This document shows, in pieces, positions 20,675 through 31,800 of a stretch of DNA of 64,000 nt. This DNA is from Planctomycetota bacterium (lineage in GTDB: Bacteria; Planctomycetota; B15-G4). Location of the stretch: positions 2,080,001-2,144,000 of the forward strand of contig CBDFJQ010000002.1 in assembly GCA_965248575.1 (NCBI GenBank), in the 5' to 3' direction. Made by a program: the position numbers and the translations under genes. The notes under the pieces were generated by a model. The model was given only the letters and a program-made list of their open reading frames with translations, had not been told where the DNA came from and ran no database searches. Position 1 is the first letter of the stretch. Each line of letters opens with the position of its first letter.

Positions 20675-21124
20675 TCAAGCTTGAGACAGGCTCCACTGCA
20701 GCCCCATGTTGAGCTTGGGGTTCGCGGTTTGCCCCAGAGGGTCGGGGATCGACCAGGGCGCCCCGCCGAGCGTCAGATTCATCGCATAGAAACAGATGCG
20801 CTGGCCGAGCTCATACGTGTAGTGACATTCTTCTGGACCATCTCCAGCAATCGCAAAGTCAGGTAGCTCCGGATTGCGAGCCTCTCGGGCTGAGTTCAGA
20901 GCGTCGATCTTGCTCTGGGCGTAGTCCATGAGTGCAGCTTTCGGAATCGTACCGTCATCCTCCACCGTGATGGTCGCTGCGCCCCACTCAGCAAGGACCG
21001 TCGAAGGGATCTGCGTGTAGGCCTCCTCTTGGACAGCCAGCGTGCATTCGATCGACGGTGGATTCAGGACATCGAGGTTGGCCCAGCTGACGGAAATCAC
21101 GCAACGGATGGAAAGAGTGCTCAT
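20675..21124 (-). CDS. Hypothetical protein
   Basis: 149-aa ORF with a GAGGA RBS, directly downstream of the kinase. No recognised motif. Confidence 0.55.
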   Translation of the reverse strand: MSTLSIRCVISVSWANLDVLNPPSIECTLAVQEEAYTQIPSTVLAEWGAATITVEDDGTIPKAALMDYAQSKIDALNSAREARNPELPDFAIAGDGPEECHYTYELGQRICFYAMNLTLGGAPWSIPDPLGQTANPKLNMGLQWSLSQA

Positions 21125-21163
21125 GCAGCGATCCTCTTGAGGGGGAAAGACAATCGGAGACAG

Positions 21164-23782
21164 CTAGGGCCCCATGCTCTTCACGCAACGAATGCCAACC
21201 GAAGGGCTACGGTTGTCCTGAGGAGCTCCGGAATGCTCCTCAAACGAGAGGATTGGACCTCGCGCCTGCCAGCTCTCGCCCTTGATGACGCGGTGACCGA
21301 CCTCGGGGCGTACGGTCCCGTCACCCGAGATCATCAAGTTGAACGTTGACGTCCACTCGCAGACGTTGCCGAAGAGATGACGCACTCCGAACTCGTTCAC
21401 GTCCTCGAGTGCTTGGTCCGCGGTGGCCATCACGCCGGGCAGATTGTCGGCTAGCCAGGAGAAATAGCTCTCATGGCTGTCAGACAGAAACACTGCGCGA
21501 TTCACATTGGCCCGTTGTGCGACGTCAGTTCTGTCGTCTCCCCATGGGTAGAGACGCCCAAGCGGACCACGCGCAGCCAATTCCCACTCCGCCAAGGTGG
21601 GTAGGCGCTTTCCGATCCAGCGAGCATAGGCGGTCGCTTCATCGAAGGTGACCCGAACGATGGGCAGATCGTCCAACGCGCGGTTGTAGTCCTCGTCCCA
21701 CACGCCGTCGCCGTCTCGATCGAACTCAGACATCGGGCGCGCTCCCGTCGCGTCGACGAAGGCCTTGTATTGCACCGTCGTCACCTCGTCCCGATCCATG
21801 AGAAAGTCGGCAACCTCCACCACTCCGAAGTCCTTGCGGGAGCCCGCTGGCCCCTTGCCAACGCGGATGCGCGCACCGGAAATGCGAACCATGGGAGGAT
21901 CCTCCGCGAGCACTTCGGCCACGATCCGAGCTCTCAGATCCAGCACGTAGCTCCCGCGCAGTGCGAGCAACTCCATGTCCGCCTCGGCGACACGCCCTGC
22001 CGTGTCCCGCGTGAACACGCGATACGCCCCCAGCGGAAGCGCCACATCCTCAAGGGGTGTGACACCACTCAGCCGCTGCTCATCGCCCAAGGCAAACGGA
22101 GCCATGGCTACGGGGAAGACTGACACCTCCGCACCGGGCGGGTCGGTGGTGATGGACAGCCTCGGATGCCACGACTCTGGAACTGCCAGCGCCGCAAGCT
22201 CTTCGTCCTCGGGCACGAGGGTCGATGCGGACATCAGCAGACCAATGCCTTGCTGTAGGGCAGAATTTGCCTCCCACGCAGAGAGGTTCGGCACGCTCAC
22301 CAGCAGCTCCTCTGCCCGCAGTCTGGCCCGAGTAGCACGAGCGCAGACGCGCTTGTCCAGGGCCCTCAAGCCTGCAAGAGCCGGCTCCTTCAAGCCGAAG
22401 TCATCCCCCATCAACTCCCGGATGTTCTCCCTACACTTCACCAGCGCCGGTACCGGCTGGAGCTCCAAAGCCGCATCTTCCAACGCCATGATTTGCTGCA
22501 GGGGCTCCAGCAGTACTTCACGTCGGTCCAACAACGCCGAGGCCCCTTGAATCCAGCTGGTGGCCACGACCGCGAGAGCGAGGGTCAGACCCACGACCAG
22601 GGGCACCCGATGCCGCCTCGCCCGGCGCACGACGCGGTCCGCCAGCGTGGGCGCCCGCGCGAGGATCGGCTGGTAGCTGAGAAAGCGGCGCAGATCGTCG
22701 CCGAAGTCACGCGCCGAGAGATAGCGCTTGTCGCGATCCTTCTCGAGCGCCTTCATGCACACGATGCGCAGGTCGCGCGGCACGTGAGGGTTCAACATCT
22801 CGATCGCCGCGGGCTCGTCATCGCGAATGGCGTTCAGCACCGAGTCGCGTGTTGCCCCGTCGAAGGGGCGCTCCCGCGTGAGCAGCTCGTACAACACGAC
22901 ACCCAGCGAGTAGACATCCGTGCGAGCGTCCAGCTGCGTCGACTCGATGCGCGCCTGCTCGGGGCTCATGTAGTAGGGCGTACCCACCGCATGGTCCGTC
23001 ATCAGCAGGTTCTCGAGCTGGAGGTCCTTGGCGACCCCGAAGTCGACGACCTTGGGTTCGCCGTCCTCGGTCAGCAGGATGTTGCCGGGCTTGACGTCGC
23101 GGTGGATGATGCCGTGCTCATGGCTGTGCTGAAGCGCCTCCGAGACCGCGGCGAGCAGCTTCGCCACGCGCGCGGGATAGCCTGCCTCCAGAGGAGCCAA
23201 GAGCTCCGCCAGATCCTTGGCAGACCGCCCGCAGTCCCGCCCGCGCATGGCATCCAACACGTCACGCAGGCTGGCACCCTCGACGAATTCCATGGCGAAG
23301 AAGTACGTGCCCTGGTCCTCGCCCACCGTGAACACCTTGACGATGTTCGGGTGGTTCATGCGCGCTGTGGCGGTGGCCTCCAGCCGAAAGCGCTCCACAC
23401 CCTTGGCCGACCAGGACGCATGGGACTGCAGCTTCTTGAGGGCCACCTCTCGGCTGAGGGACTTCTGTCGCGCGCGGAACACGACGCCCATGGCCCCGTG
23501 CCCCACCTGCTCGATGATCTCGAAGTCCTCCAGGGAGTTGTTCGAGCTGCTGGAGCCGCTCACACCTGCGCCAGCCCCTAGACCACTCCCGAGCTCCAAG
23601 AGGGCCGGCGGCGGTTCGAAGAGTCCGTCCTCTCCCTCCGCTTCCAGCAAGATTCGCTGGACCGCCTCCAGCAAGGCCTCGTTCCCGCCCGCAGCCTCTT
23701 TCAGGAAGTCCTCACGCGCAGTTCCCGAGCGCTCCAACGCCTGCTCGACAATCCGCTCGATCTGCTCCCAGCGTTCGCTCAT
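21164..23782 (-). CDS. Ser/Thr protein kinase with TM helix, PEGA-like and FGE-sulfatase-like C-terminal domains
   Basis: GHGAMGVV, VALKKL, HRDVKPGN, DFG, GTPYYMSPE. C-terminal RLPTLAEWELAARG, YPWG, GNVCEW. Confidence 0.92.
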   Translation of the reverse strand: MSERWEQIERIVEQALERSGTAREDFLKEAAGGNEALLEAVQRILLEAEGEDGLFEPPPALLELGSGLGAGAGVSGSSSSNNSLEDFEIIEQVGHGAMGVVFRARQKSLSREVALKKLQSHASWSAKGVERFRLEATATARMNHPNIVKVFTVGEDQGTYFFAMEFVEGASLRDVLDAMRGRDCGRSAKDLAELLAPLEAGYPARVAKLLAAVSEALQHSHEHGIIHRDVKPGNILLTEDGEPKVVDFGVAKDLQLENLLMTDHAVGTPYYMSPEQARIESTQLDARTDVYSLGVVLYELLTRERPFDGATRDSVLNAIRDDEPAAIEMLNPHVPRDLRIVCMKALEKDRDKRYLSARDFGDDLRRFLSYQPILARAPTLADRVVRRARRHRVPLVVGLTLALAVVATSWIQGASALLDRREVLLEPLQQIMALEDAALELQPVPALVKCRENIRELMGDDFGLKEPALAGLRALDKRVCARATRARLRAEELLVSVPNLSAWEANSALQQGIGLLMSASTLVPEDEELAALAVPESWHPRLSITTDPPGAEVSVFPVAMAPFALGDEQRLSGVTPLEDVALPLGAYRVFTRDTAGRVAEADMELLALRGSYVLDLRARIVAEVLAEDPPMVRISGARIRVGKGPAGSRKDFGVVEVADFLMDRDEVTTVQYKAFVDATGARPMSEFDRDGDGVWDEDYNRALDDLPIVRVTFDEATAYARWIGKRLPTLAEWELAARGPLGRLYPWGDDRTDVAQRANVNRAVFLSDSHESYFSWLADNLPGVMATADQALEDVNEFGVRHLFGNVCEWTSTFNLMISGDGTVRPEVGHRVIKGESWQARGPILSFEEHSGAPQDNRSPSVGIRCVKSMGP

Positions 23783-24381
23783 TTGCAGCGCCTCCGGAGC
23801 CAATCCTTGGCCACCCCCCAGGCGGTGCGGATCCGGCCGGGAGACTCATCCAACAAGGAGGCGATCTCCGGGAAACTGAGGCCCATGATGACGTGCAGCT
23901 GCGTGACCTCCCAGGCCAGGCTGTTCTCCTCCCGCAGGCACTCCACGAGGTCTTCGTAGTCCACCAGCTGCATGCTGTTGTTGGAGTATCCGTCCACCAG
24001 GTCGTCGAGGAAGGTGCGTTCCCCCAAGGGTCGGCGCTTCTCACGGTTGCGCTCCCGAGCGTAGTCCACCAGCACCCGCTGCATTGCCAGCGAACAACGC
24101 ACGAAGAAGTGCTTCAGCGATTTGAAGTGGGTCTCGCGGTCCGGGTTGCCGAACACACGCAGGAAGGCTTCGTTCACGAGCGCTGTCGTCTGCAGCGTGT
24201 GGTCCTTGCGCTCGCCATACATGTAGACACGTGCGAGGTCCCGCATGCGTTGCGAAACCTGGGGAAACACGGCGCGTGCAGCCTCGCTGTCGCCCCTTCG
24301 GAGCTCGAGCACGAGCTGTTCCAATTCCTCGAACTCAGGATCCAAGAACCCTGTCTGTTCCTTCTTTCCTTCTTCGACCAT
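23779..24381 (-). CDS. ECF sigma factor, STK-associated (planctomycete-type, ECF43-like)
   Basis: HTLQTTALVNEAFLR, MQRVLVDYAR, GLSFPEIASLL..AKDWL. ATGA overlap with the kinase. Confidence 0.88.
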   Translation of the reverse strand: MVEEGKKEQTGFLDPEFEELEQLVLELRRGDSEAARAVFPQVSQRMRDLARVYMYGERKDHTLQTTALVNEAFLRVFGNPDRETHFKSLKHFFVRCSLAMQRVLVDYARERNREKRRPLGERTFLDDLVDGYSNNSMQLVDYEDLVECLREENSLAWEVTQLHVIMGLSFPEIASLLDESPGRIRTAWGVAKDWLRRRCK

Positions 24382-24521
24382 CTCGTCACTTGTCTCGCGT
24401 GCCGGATCACGGAGCGGGCGACGCTTACCCACCTCTTCGTACCGCAGTGTAACCGGTGCATTCCTGCGCGGGGAGACGCAATCTCCACGTTGGCGCTGGA
24501 GTTCTGCGACGTCCCGTCAAA

Positions 24522-26186
24522 TCAGGGCGCACTCGTTGCCACGAGACCATTGGATGCAGAATACCCGCACTCCGAAACAGGGTCCTGAACCCAGGCCTGG
24601 AAGGCGACCTGTGTTGCCGGAGGGACAACTGGCCATGAGGTGCCGAAGCTGACGACGCCTTCCGCGTTGGTGTTCGCGGCGAACACGGCGTCCATCGCGG
24701 GAAACAGGACGCCACACAGGAAAGGCGTGGCGGCGACGCTCAAGCCCACGAACAAGGAGACGGACGCGTTGGCTGCGGCGCGGTTCACTTTCAGCAGCAC
24801 GGGAGTCCCCGTCACGAGACTCCCCACGCCCTGAAGATTCGGGATGCCCTTGGTGCCAGGCACGCCCCCCGCAAGCGTGGCCCACGGAGAAGGCCCATGG
24901 GCGACCAACTGCACCTGGAGATCGGTGTAGATCCCCTTCAACTCGAGCGACAGGGGGGAATCGAGCAGATTCACCGCTTCCAAGGGGTCCAGGAGCAAGT
25001 CGTACAGTTCACGAAAGACCGGCACTGGGTTCGGTCCGGCATAGGAGTGGATCAGCTTGTAGCGATTGCCCCGTACGGCGGTTCCGCGCCGGACGTACGA
25101 GGGCGGCGGCCCCTTCGACGGCAGGAAGTTGGGTTGGAAGAGCTCCTCAAAGGCAAAGGCCCGCTGGCTGGGCGCGTCAGGGTTCGACAGGTACGGACGC
25201 AGGCTCACTGAATCCAAGGCAGACGTAGAATCTGCCCCGGCGAGATCCGCAATCGTTGCGTACAGATCCGTGGTGTTGACCAACGCCGTGCATTCGGCGC
25301 CCTGCACCACCCCCGGGCCGGTCACGATCAGCGGCACCCGGATTCCCTGCTCATACAACGTGGTCTTCGCATGCTCCTCGGTCCAGGGAGGCAGCACTGC
25401 CACCCCCTCGGGCCCGTTGTCGCCCACGAACACCACCGTCGTCTCGGCGGGGTCGACGCCGTTCAGCAGCCGCCCGATTTCTGTATCCATGGCCTCGATA
25501 ATGGCGCGGCTGTAGACCGGCTCGTTGCCCGCGATGGTTCCCGGCAGCTCCACGGTGTGCAGCTCTTCCGGGGGCGCATGGTAGGGGAGGTGGGCGGCAT
25601 GGAAGCCGACCCAGATGAACCAGGGCTCAGGCAACGTCAGCATCAAGTCCAGAGCGTCGTCCACCGTGTCCGTAGTGGCGTAGGTGGTGCTGATCGTGGC
25701 CTCGCCGTTCACGTTCTTGAAGTATTGGTAGTAGTCCCGAAGGTTGCCCGGTGTCGCACGCACCTCGTCAAAGCCCCCGAGCAAGGGGTGAGCGTACGAC
25801 TTGCCCAAGTGCCACTTGCCCAGCAGCGCACTGGTGTAGTTCGCGGAGCCCAGCGCCCCAGGCAAGGTCGTGAAGCGGGAGAGCTCCATGCCGGAAAACT
25901 CTGAAGCGTCGATCACCGTCCCCATGCCCGTTCGCCACGCGTAGTTGCCGCTGAGGATGGTGGCGCGGGTGGGCGAACAAGAAGGGTTGGAAGTCGCCCG
26001 GCGAAAGAGCACTCCTCGAGCCGCCATCAAATCGATGTTGGGCGTGTTGGCGGGCACGGGGTGCTCGCCATAGACAGCGACGGTGTCCACACCCACGTCA
26101 TCGGCTATGAGCAGCAGCACATTGGATTGCGCCGCGGCAGGAGCGCCAAGCTGGAGCCCCACAAACATCAGCCAGAGGAATCTCAA
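24522..26186 (-). CDS. Secreted formylglycine-type sulfatase with C-terminal beta domain
   Basis: NVLLLIADD, canonical CSPTRATILSG, GKWHLG, GDNG, YEQGIRVPL. C-terminal FQAWVQDP..SASNGL. Confidence 0.9.
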   Translation of the reverse strand: MRFLWLMFVGLQLGAPAAAQSNVLLLIADDVGVDTVAVYGEHPVPANTPNIDLMAARGVLFRRATSNPSCSPTRATILSGNYAWRTGMGTVIDASEFSGMELSRFTTLPGALGSANYTSALLGKWHLGKSYAHPLLGGFDEVRATPGNLRDYYQYFKNVNGEATISTTYATTDTVDDALDLMLTLPEPWFIWVGFHAAHLPYHAPPEELHTVELPGTIAGNEPVYSRAIIEAMDTEIGRLLNGVDPAETTVVFVGDNGPEGVAVLPPWTEEHAKTTLYEQGIRVPLIVTGPGVVQGAECTALVNTTDLYATIADLAGADSTSALDSVSLRPYLSNPDAPSQRAFAFEELFQPNFLPSKGPPPSYVRRGTAVRGNRYKLIHSYAGPNPVPVFRELYDLLLDPLEAVNLLDSPLSLELKGIYTDLQVQLVAHGPSPWATLAGGVPGTKGIPNLQGVGSLVTGTPVLLKVNRAAANASVSLFVGLSVAATPFLCGVLFPAMDAVFAANTNAEGVVSFGTSWPVVPPATQVAFQAWVQDPVSECGYSASNGLVATSAP

Positions 26187-26326
26187 AGCACACCCTCGCC
26201 GGAACTCAGTGCATTTGTGCGGGCTCCCACCGGCAAAGCCGGAATCGAACGGACCGAGAGCCGACGACTTTCCCTGATCAAACAGCGTCCGATCCTAGCT
26301 CGCACTCCACTCTTGGAACAGAGTCC

Positions 26327-28708
26327 TTGATACCCTCGGCGGCCCTCACCCTCGCCAGCAGCTGCATCCCTCCCTTGCCCATGTCCCTATCCATGCTGCC
26401 CTGCGCCTCGACCCTGCTTCGCGCCCTGAATCGCCCCCTGGTGCGCTCACTGATTCTCGCAAACCTTGCCATCCTCATCTTGAGTTCGGTGAACCCTCTC
26501 GCGGCCCAGTCGACAACCAGCACCGGCACCGCAACCGGCGCCCGACAGAGCCAGTCTGCCCGCGAAGCCATGTGGCCCGCCCCCTCCGCCGAAGACTGGG
26601 CCAAGCCCTGCCTGATCACTTTTCAACGCACCTATGAGGACGCCCAAGCCGTCTCACAGGAAACGGGCAAGCCCATCCTCGTCTGCGTGAACATGGACGG
26701 CGAGATCGCCAGCGAGCACTACGCCGGCATCCGCTACAGGCAGCCGGAGACGGCCGCACTCTACGAGCCATACGTCAACGTCATCGCCTCGGTCTATCGC
26801 CACAACGACCGCGACTATGACGAGCTGGGACGACGCATCCTCTGCCCCCGCTTCGGCAGCGTGACCTGCGGCGAACACATCGCCATCGAGCCCGGGCTCT
26901 ACGAGAAGTTCCTCGATGGCCAGCGCATTGCACCGCGCCACATCGGCGTCGAGCGCGATGGGCAGGAGCTCTACGATGTCTTCTACGCCTTCGACACGGA
27001 TTCCGTGTTCGAGGCCATCCGCCAAGGGATCGCCCAGCGGGAGTTCCCCGACGTGCCTCCTCCCCCCGGTGATCGTTCCCTCGCTGAGCGAGCGCTGAGC
27101 GCGGAGATCAGTGATCGGGAAGCCCTCGAAGGAATGTGGCTGGACGGCTCCGGGAGTACCCGTCTGCAGCTGATGCAGGCGGCCCGACAGGCGGGCTCTC
27201 GAGCCCCCGTGGACCTGCTGCGCCTGGCCCTTCACGCCCACGACCCCGAGCTGCGGCGCATGGCGCGCGAAGCCCTGGCGCTGTCCGAGTCCCCCAAAGC
27301 CGTCGACCTGCTGGTGGATGTGCTCTCAGACCCGCTCCTAGGCGACACGGAACACGCGGCCTTGCTGGCAGCCCTGGAGCGCCTCGGGCAAGGGTCCGTG
27401 CGCGCGCGCCGCCTCGCCGTCGTGCACCGGGGCCTCGCGGGTCGATCGGGGTCCGTCGACATGCCCCGCTGGCTCACGGCCGTCGAGTCAGATGCCCCGG
27501 CCCCTCTGGCCTTTGACCGCGAACAGTTCCAGACCCCGTTGGAGCGGCAGGACGAGATCTTGAGCGGCAACGATCCGGCGGCCCATCTGGACCTGGCCGA
27601 GGCCCTGTTGCAGTTCGCCTACGAGCAGCACGCCTTCGACCCGCCCTACGCCAACCTGCTGTTCATGGACGCCCAGAGCACAGCCCAGCGCGCCCGCTCG
27701 CTCGGCGCCTACGGTTGGCGGTTGGAGGGTGCGCTCTCCATCTCGGCCTTCTACCTGGGCGACACCGGGGAGGCCCAAGCCCGGGCCATCGATGCGGTCC
27801 AAAGCGGCCTGCCCGACAACGCCCGGGACTGGAACACCATGGCCGTACTGGCCAACTTCGCCGGGGCGCGACAGGAAGCCATCCGCATCGCGCTGCGGGC
27901 GGGCGAAGAGTGGCCGCCCGAGTGGGTCACGGACGTGCACGCCGCCTGCCTGGTCCTGCTGCGCCACCCCTATGGCACCGAGGAGCAGGCGGTCGCCTAT
28001 CACGACTTCCTGCAGTCCTTGGGAGCTCGGGGCGAGGCGTCCCAGATCCTTGATGAGGGTCTGGACCGTTATGCGGACTCGTGGGATCTCCATGACCGCC
28101 TGCGCCGACGTGTGTTCAGCACCATCGGCTTCGAGCAGCTCGAGCCCACCTACGCGCAACGCTTGGCGCGCTCGGACGCCCCACCAGGCCTGCACTACTT
28201 CGCTGGCTATGCCTCACTGGTCACCGCCGAGTTCCTGCGACGCACAGGCCGGCCTGCGGATGAGGCCCTGGCTGCCTATGAGCGGGCAATGATGCACTTC
28301 GAAACAGACATCCGGGCCCTGCCAGAAGCACGGGACGACAGCGACCACTTCATCGCGCTGGCCTTGGGCGGTGCAGCACGGGTCTCCTTGGAGGCGGGTC
28401 ACGACCAGCAGGCCGTCGCCGCCCTGCTCGCGAGCTTCGAGCGCCGCCCCGCCTCGGCGGCCACCCTGGACGGCCTGAATCTCTCCGCGGTGGACACGGC
28501 GAAGATGCTGAAGTCCCGGCTGGCAGACCTCGGGCAGGAGGATCTCCACCGGCAGGTGAGCACAGCCCTCGAGCGGCTTCCCGCAAAACTGCTGGAACTC
28601 CCGGCCTACGAGCGAGGCCCGCCAGAAGACGACCCCACCCGCCCCTCCTGGCGGCGCCGTTGGCAACGGTCCGGACCCGGGCAGGCGTCGGGACGCTCGC
28701 AGGGTTAG
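26327..28708 (+). CDS. Secreted thioredoxin-like N-domain + HEAT/TPR protein (paralog of 12587-14722); start uncertain
   Basis: FQRTYEDAQAVSQETGKPILVCVN, CPRFGSVTCGEHIAIEP, IAPRHIG. HEAT-like repeats. Confidence 0.65.
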   Translation: MIPSAALTLASSCIPPLPMSLSMLPCASTLLRALNRPLVRSLILANLAILILSSVNPLAAQSTTSTGTATGARQSQSAREAMWPAPSAEDWAKPCLITFQRTYEDAQAVSQETGKPILVCVNMDGEIASEHYAGIRYRQPETAALYEPYVNVIASVYRHNDRDYDELGRRILCPRFGSVTCGEHIAIEPGLYEKFLDGQRIAPRHIGVERDGQELYDVFYAFDTDSVFEAIRQGIAQREFPDVPPPPGDRSLAERALSAEISDREALEGMWLDGSGSTRLQLMQAARQAGSRAPVDLLRLALHAHDPELRRMAREALALSESPKAVDLLVDVLSDPLLGDTEHAALLAALERLGQGSVRARRLAVVHRGLAGRSGSVDMPRWLTAVESDAPAPLAFDREQFQTPLERQDEILSGNDPAAHLDLAEALLQFAYEQHAFDPPYANLLFMDAQSTAQRARSLGAYGWRLEGALSISAFYLGDTGEAQARAIDAVQSGLPDNARDWNTMAVLANFAGARQEAIRIALRAGEEWPPEWVTDVHAACLVLLRHPYGTEEQAVAYHDFLQSLGARGEASQILDEGLDRYADSWDLHDRLRRRVFSTIGFEQLEPTYAQRLARSDAPPGLHYFAGYASLVTAEFLRRTGRPADEALAAYERAMMHFETDIRALPEARDDSDHFIALALGGAARVSLEAGHDQQAVAALLASFERRPASAATLDGLNLSAVDTAKMLKSRLADLGQEDLHRQVSTALERLPAKLLELPAYERGPPEDDPTRPSWRRRWQRSGPGQASGRSQG

Positions 28709-28819
28709 GCATCCCCCCGGGCTCGGATGCGCTAAGCTTCCCCGGTCGTTCCCGCGCGGGCTCCGTGCACCCGTGGCGAGCGCCCCGGCAAATCCCACTG
28801 CCTGCTCGAGCCCAGCGCC

Positions 28820-31800
28820 ATGTCGATGCCCGACGTCGAGGACTTCTATCCCCTCTCGCCCCTCCAGCAGGGGTTGCTGTTCCACAGCTTGTCCGATGAG
28901 GGCGACGGCCTCTACTTCAACCAGACCTTGCTCGGGCTCGAAGGCGCCCTGGACGTCGAGGCCTTCCGCCGTGCCTGGGCCGCCGTCGTCGACCTGCACC
29001 CCATCCTGCGCACCTTCTTCGTTTGGGAGGGTGTGGAGAAGCCGATCCAGGTCGTGAAGCGCGGCGCCACGATGCCACTCGACCATCTGGACTGGCGCGC
29101 CGACCCCGCGGGAGCGCATGCCCAGCGTCTCGACAGCTTGCTGCAAGAGGACCTCGCCCAGGGCTTCGACCTGTCCCAGGCACCCTTGATGCGCGCCACC
29201 TTGGTGCGCACCGCGGACGACCGCCACGAACTGAGCTGGAGCTTCCACCACCTCTTGATGGACGGGTGGAGCATGTTCCGCATGTTGGGACAGGTCTTCG
29301 CCACGTACGACACCCTGGTGGCCGGCGGTAGCCCTCAGCTCGAACGCTCGCGCCCCTACCGCGACTACCTCGTCTGGCTGTCGCGCCAGGACCGGTCCAA
29401 GGCCGAGGCCTTCTGGCGAGAGAACCTGGCGGGCTTCACGGCCCCCACGCCTTTGCCGCCGGACCTCGCCCCCGACCTCCATGCAGCTCGTGGCCCGGCT
29501 CAAACCGCGGCCGAGTCCGCTGACTTCGCCGTGCTCACCGGGGCGCTCAGTGTTGACACCACGGCGGCCCTGAGCCAGCTCGCCGCCGACAACCACCTCA
29601 CCTTGAACACCTTGCTTCAAGGGGCCTGGGCACTTCTGCTCTCTCGCTACAGCCGTGAGAGCGACGTGTTGTTCGGGGCCATTGTCTCCGGACGCCCGCC
29701 TGAGCTCGAAGGGGTCGACGGCATGGTGGGCCTGTTCATCAACTCGTTGCCCGTGCGTGTCCGCATGGATCGCAGCGAAGCCCTGCTGCCCTGGTTGCAG
29801 CGACTTCAAGCCGACCAGGCAGAGCTGCGTGAGTACGAACACAGCGCCCTGGTGGATGTCCAGGGTTGGAGCGAGGTGCCCCGCGGCGAGCAGCTCTTCG
29901 AGACGCTGTTCCTGTTCGAGAACTACCGCAAGGACACGCCGCTGGAAGAGATGTGCTCATCGCTCAAGCTGCGGGATGTGCGGTGGTTCGAGCGGCACAA
30001 CTTCCCCATCGCCGCCGTGGCCATCCCCGGCGAGTCGCTCAGCCTGCGCGTCATCTACCAGACGCAGCGCTTCAGCCGAGCCGGGATCGAACGCCTGCTT
30101 GGGCACTGGCGCACGCTCGTCGAGAGCATGGTGGCCCAGCCCGGAGCAACGCTCGGTGCCCACGGGCTGCTGACACCCGAAGAACGCAAGCTGCTGTTGG
30201 AGACCTGGAACGACACCGACGCCGACCTGCCTGATGTGTGCGCCCACGAGCTGGTGGAGCGCCAGGCCGATGCACTGCCCGAGTCCCTAGCCGTGGTGCA
30301 GGGCGAGCGCTGCTTGACCTATGCCGAGCTGGAGCTGCGAGCCAACCGCCTCGCTCACCAGTTGAAGGCTCTCGGGGTCGGGCCCGGCGTACGGGTGGCG
30401 CTGGCCACCGGCCGCACGCTGGAGATGGTGGTCGGCATCCTGGGCACCCTCAAGGCAGGCGGAGCCTACGTCGCCTGCGACCTCGGCGTCCCCCCCGCCC
30501 GCCTTGCCTACGTCTTCGAGGATTCCCAAGCGCTGGTGGTCCTCACCACTGCCGAGACGGCCTCCTCCTTGCCCGCGCACGGGGCCCAGACACTCACGGC
30601 CGATGCCCAGGGCCAGTGGCGGGCTGATGCTGCCGCGCAGACCGAAGCGCCTGCATGGCCGGCCACGCGCCCCGCTCCATCGGCCTGCCCCTCCGACCTC
30701 GCCTATGTCATCTACACCTCCGGCTCCACGGGCACACCCAAGGGGGTCGAGCTGGAGCACGCGGGCCTGGTGAACCTGCTCAGCTGGCACCAGCGCACCT
30801 ATGACGTGAAGCCAGGCGACCGCGCCTCGCACCTCGCCGGCCTGGGCTTTGACGCCTGTGTCTGGGAACTCTGGCCCTACCTTGCTGCTGGCTCCTGCCT
30901 GCATCTCGTGGATCAGGAAACACGCCTGGCACCCGACGCCCTGCTGCAGTTCTTCGCGCGGGTGGGCATCACCCAGGCCTTCGTGCCCACCCCCCTGGCC
31001 GAAGCCATGCTTCGGCTCGACATGCCCTCCGACCTCGTGCTGGACGTGGTCTTTACCGGCGGTGACAAGCTGAACCGCGCGCCCGAACAAGCCCTCCCCT
31101 TCCGCCTGGTCAATCACTACGGGCCGACGGAGAACACCGTCGTCGCCACCGCCGTCGAAGTGCCGCCCAATGCCGAGGACGACAGCGCACCGACCATCGG
31201 AAAACCTATCGACAACGTGCAGTGCTACCTCCTGGACGCGGACATGAACCCCGTCCCGGTGGGCGTGGCCGGGGAGCTCTTCATCGGGGGCAAGAGCCTC
31301 GCGCGTGGTTATCTGGGCCGGGAGGATCTGACCGCGCAGGCCTTCGTGCCGAACCCCTTCCGGGACGACACGCGCCTCTATGCCACGGGCGACCTCGGGT
31401 GTTGGACTGGCGACGGTGAGATCGAATTCCTGGGCCGCATCGACTCCCAGGTCAAGGTGCGTGGATACCGCATCGAACTGGGCGAGATCGAGACGGTTCT
31501 CGCGCGACATGCCGGCGTACGCGAGGCCGTGGTCTTGGCCCGCGAAGACGTGCCCGGCAACAAGCAGCTCGCGGGCTATGTCGTCGCAGCAGACCCAGCG
31601 GCAGCCGCCTTGCAGGAGGCCGAACTCAAGGCGCATTGCGCAGCAGAGCTGCCCGACTACATGGTGCCTCCAGCGATCCTGGTCCTGGACAGCTTCCCCC
31701 TCTCCAGCAGCGGCAAGCTGGATCGCAAGGCCCTGCCTGCGCCCGACATCGCCCGACCCCGGATGGAGGCTGCCTACGAGGCACCCACCGAGGGCGTCGA

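Noticed and set aside
21164..21900. True formylglycine-generating enzyme for the neighbouring sulfatase
   Set aside because: The FGE-like domain is fused to a kinase and lacks the paired catalytic cysteines after the GxSW motif. It is more likely a binding domain.
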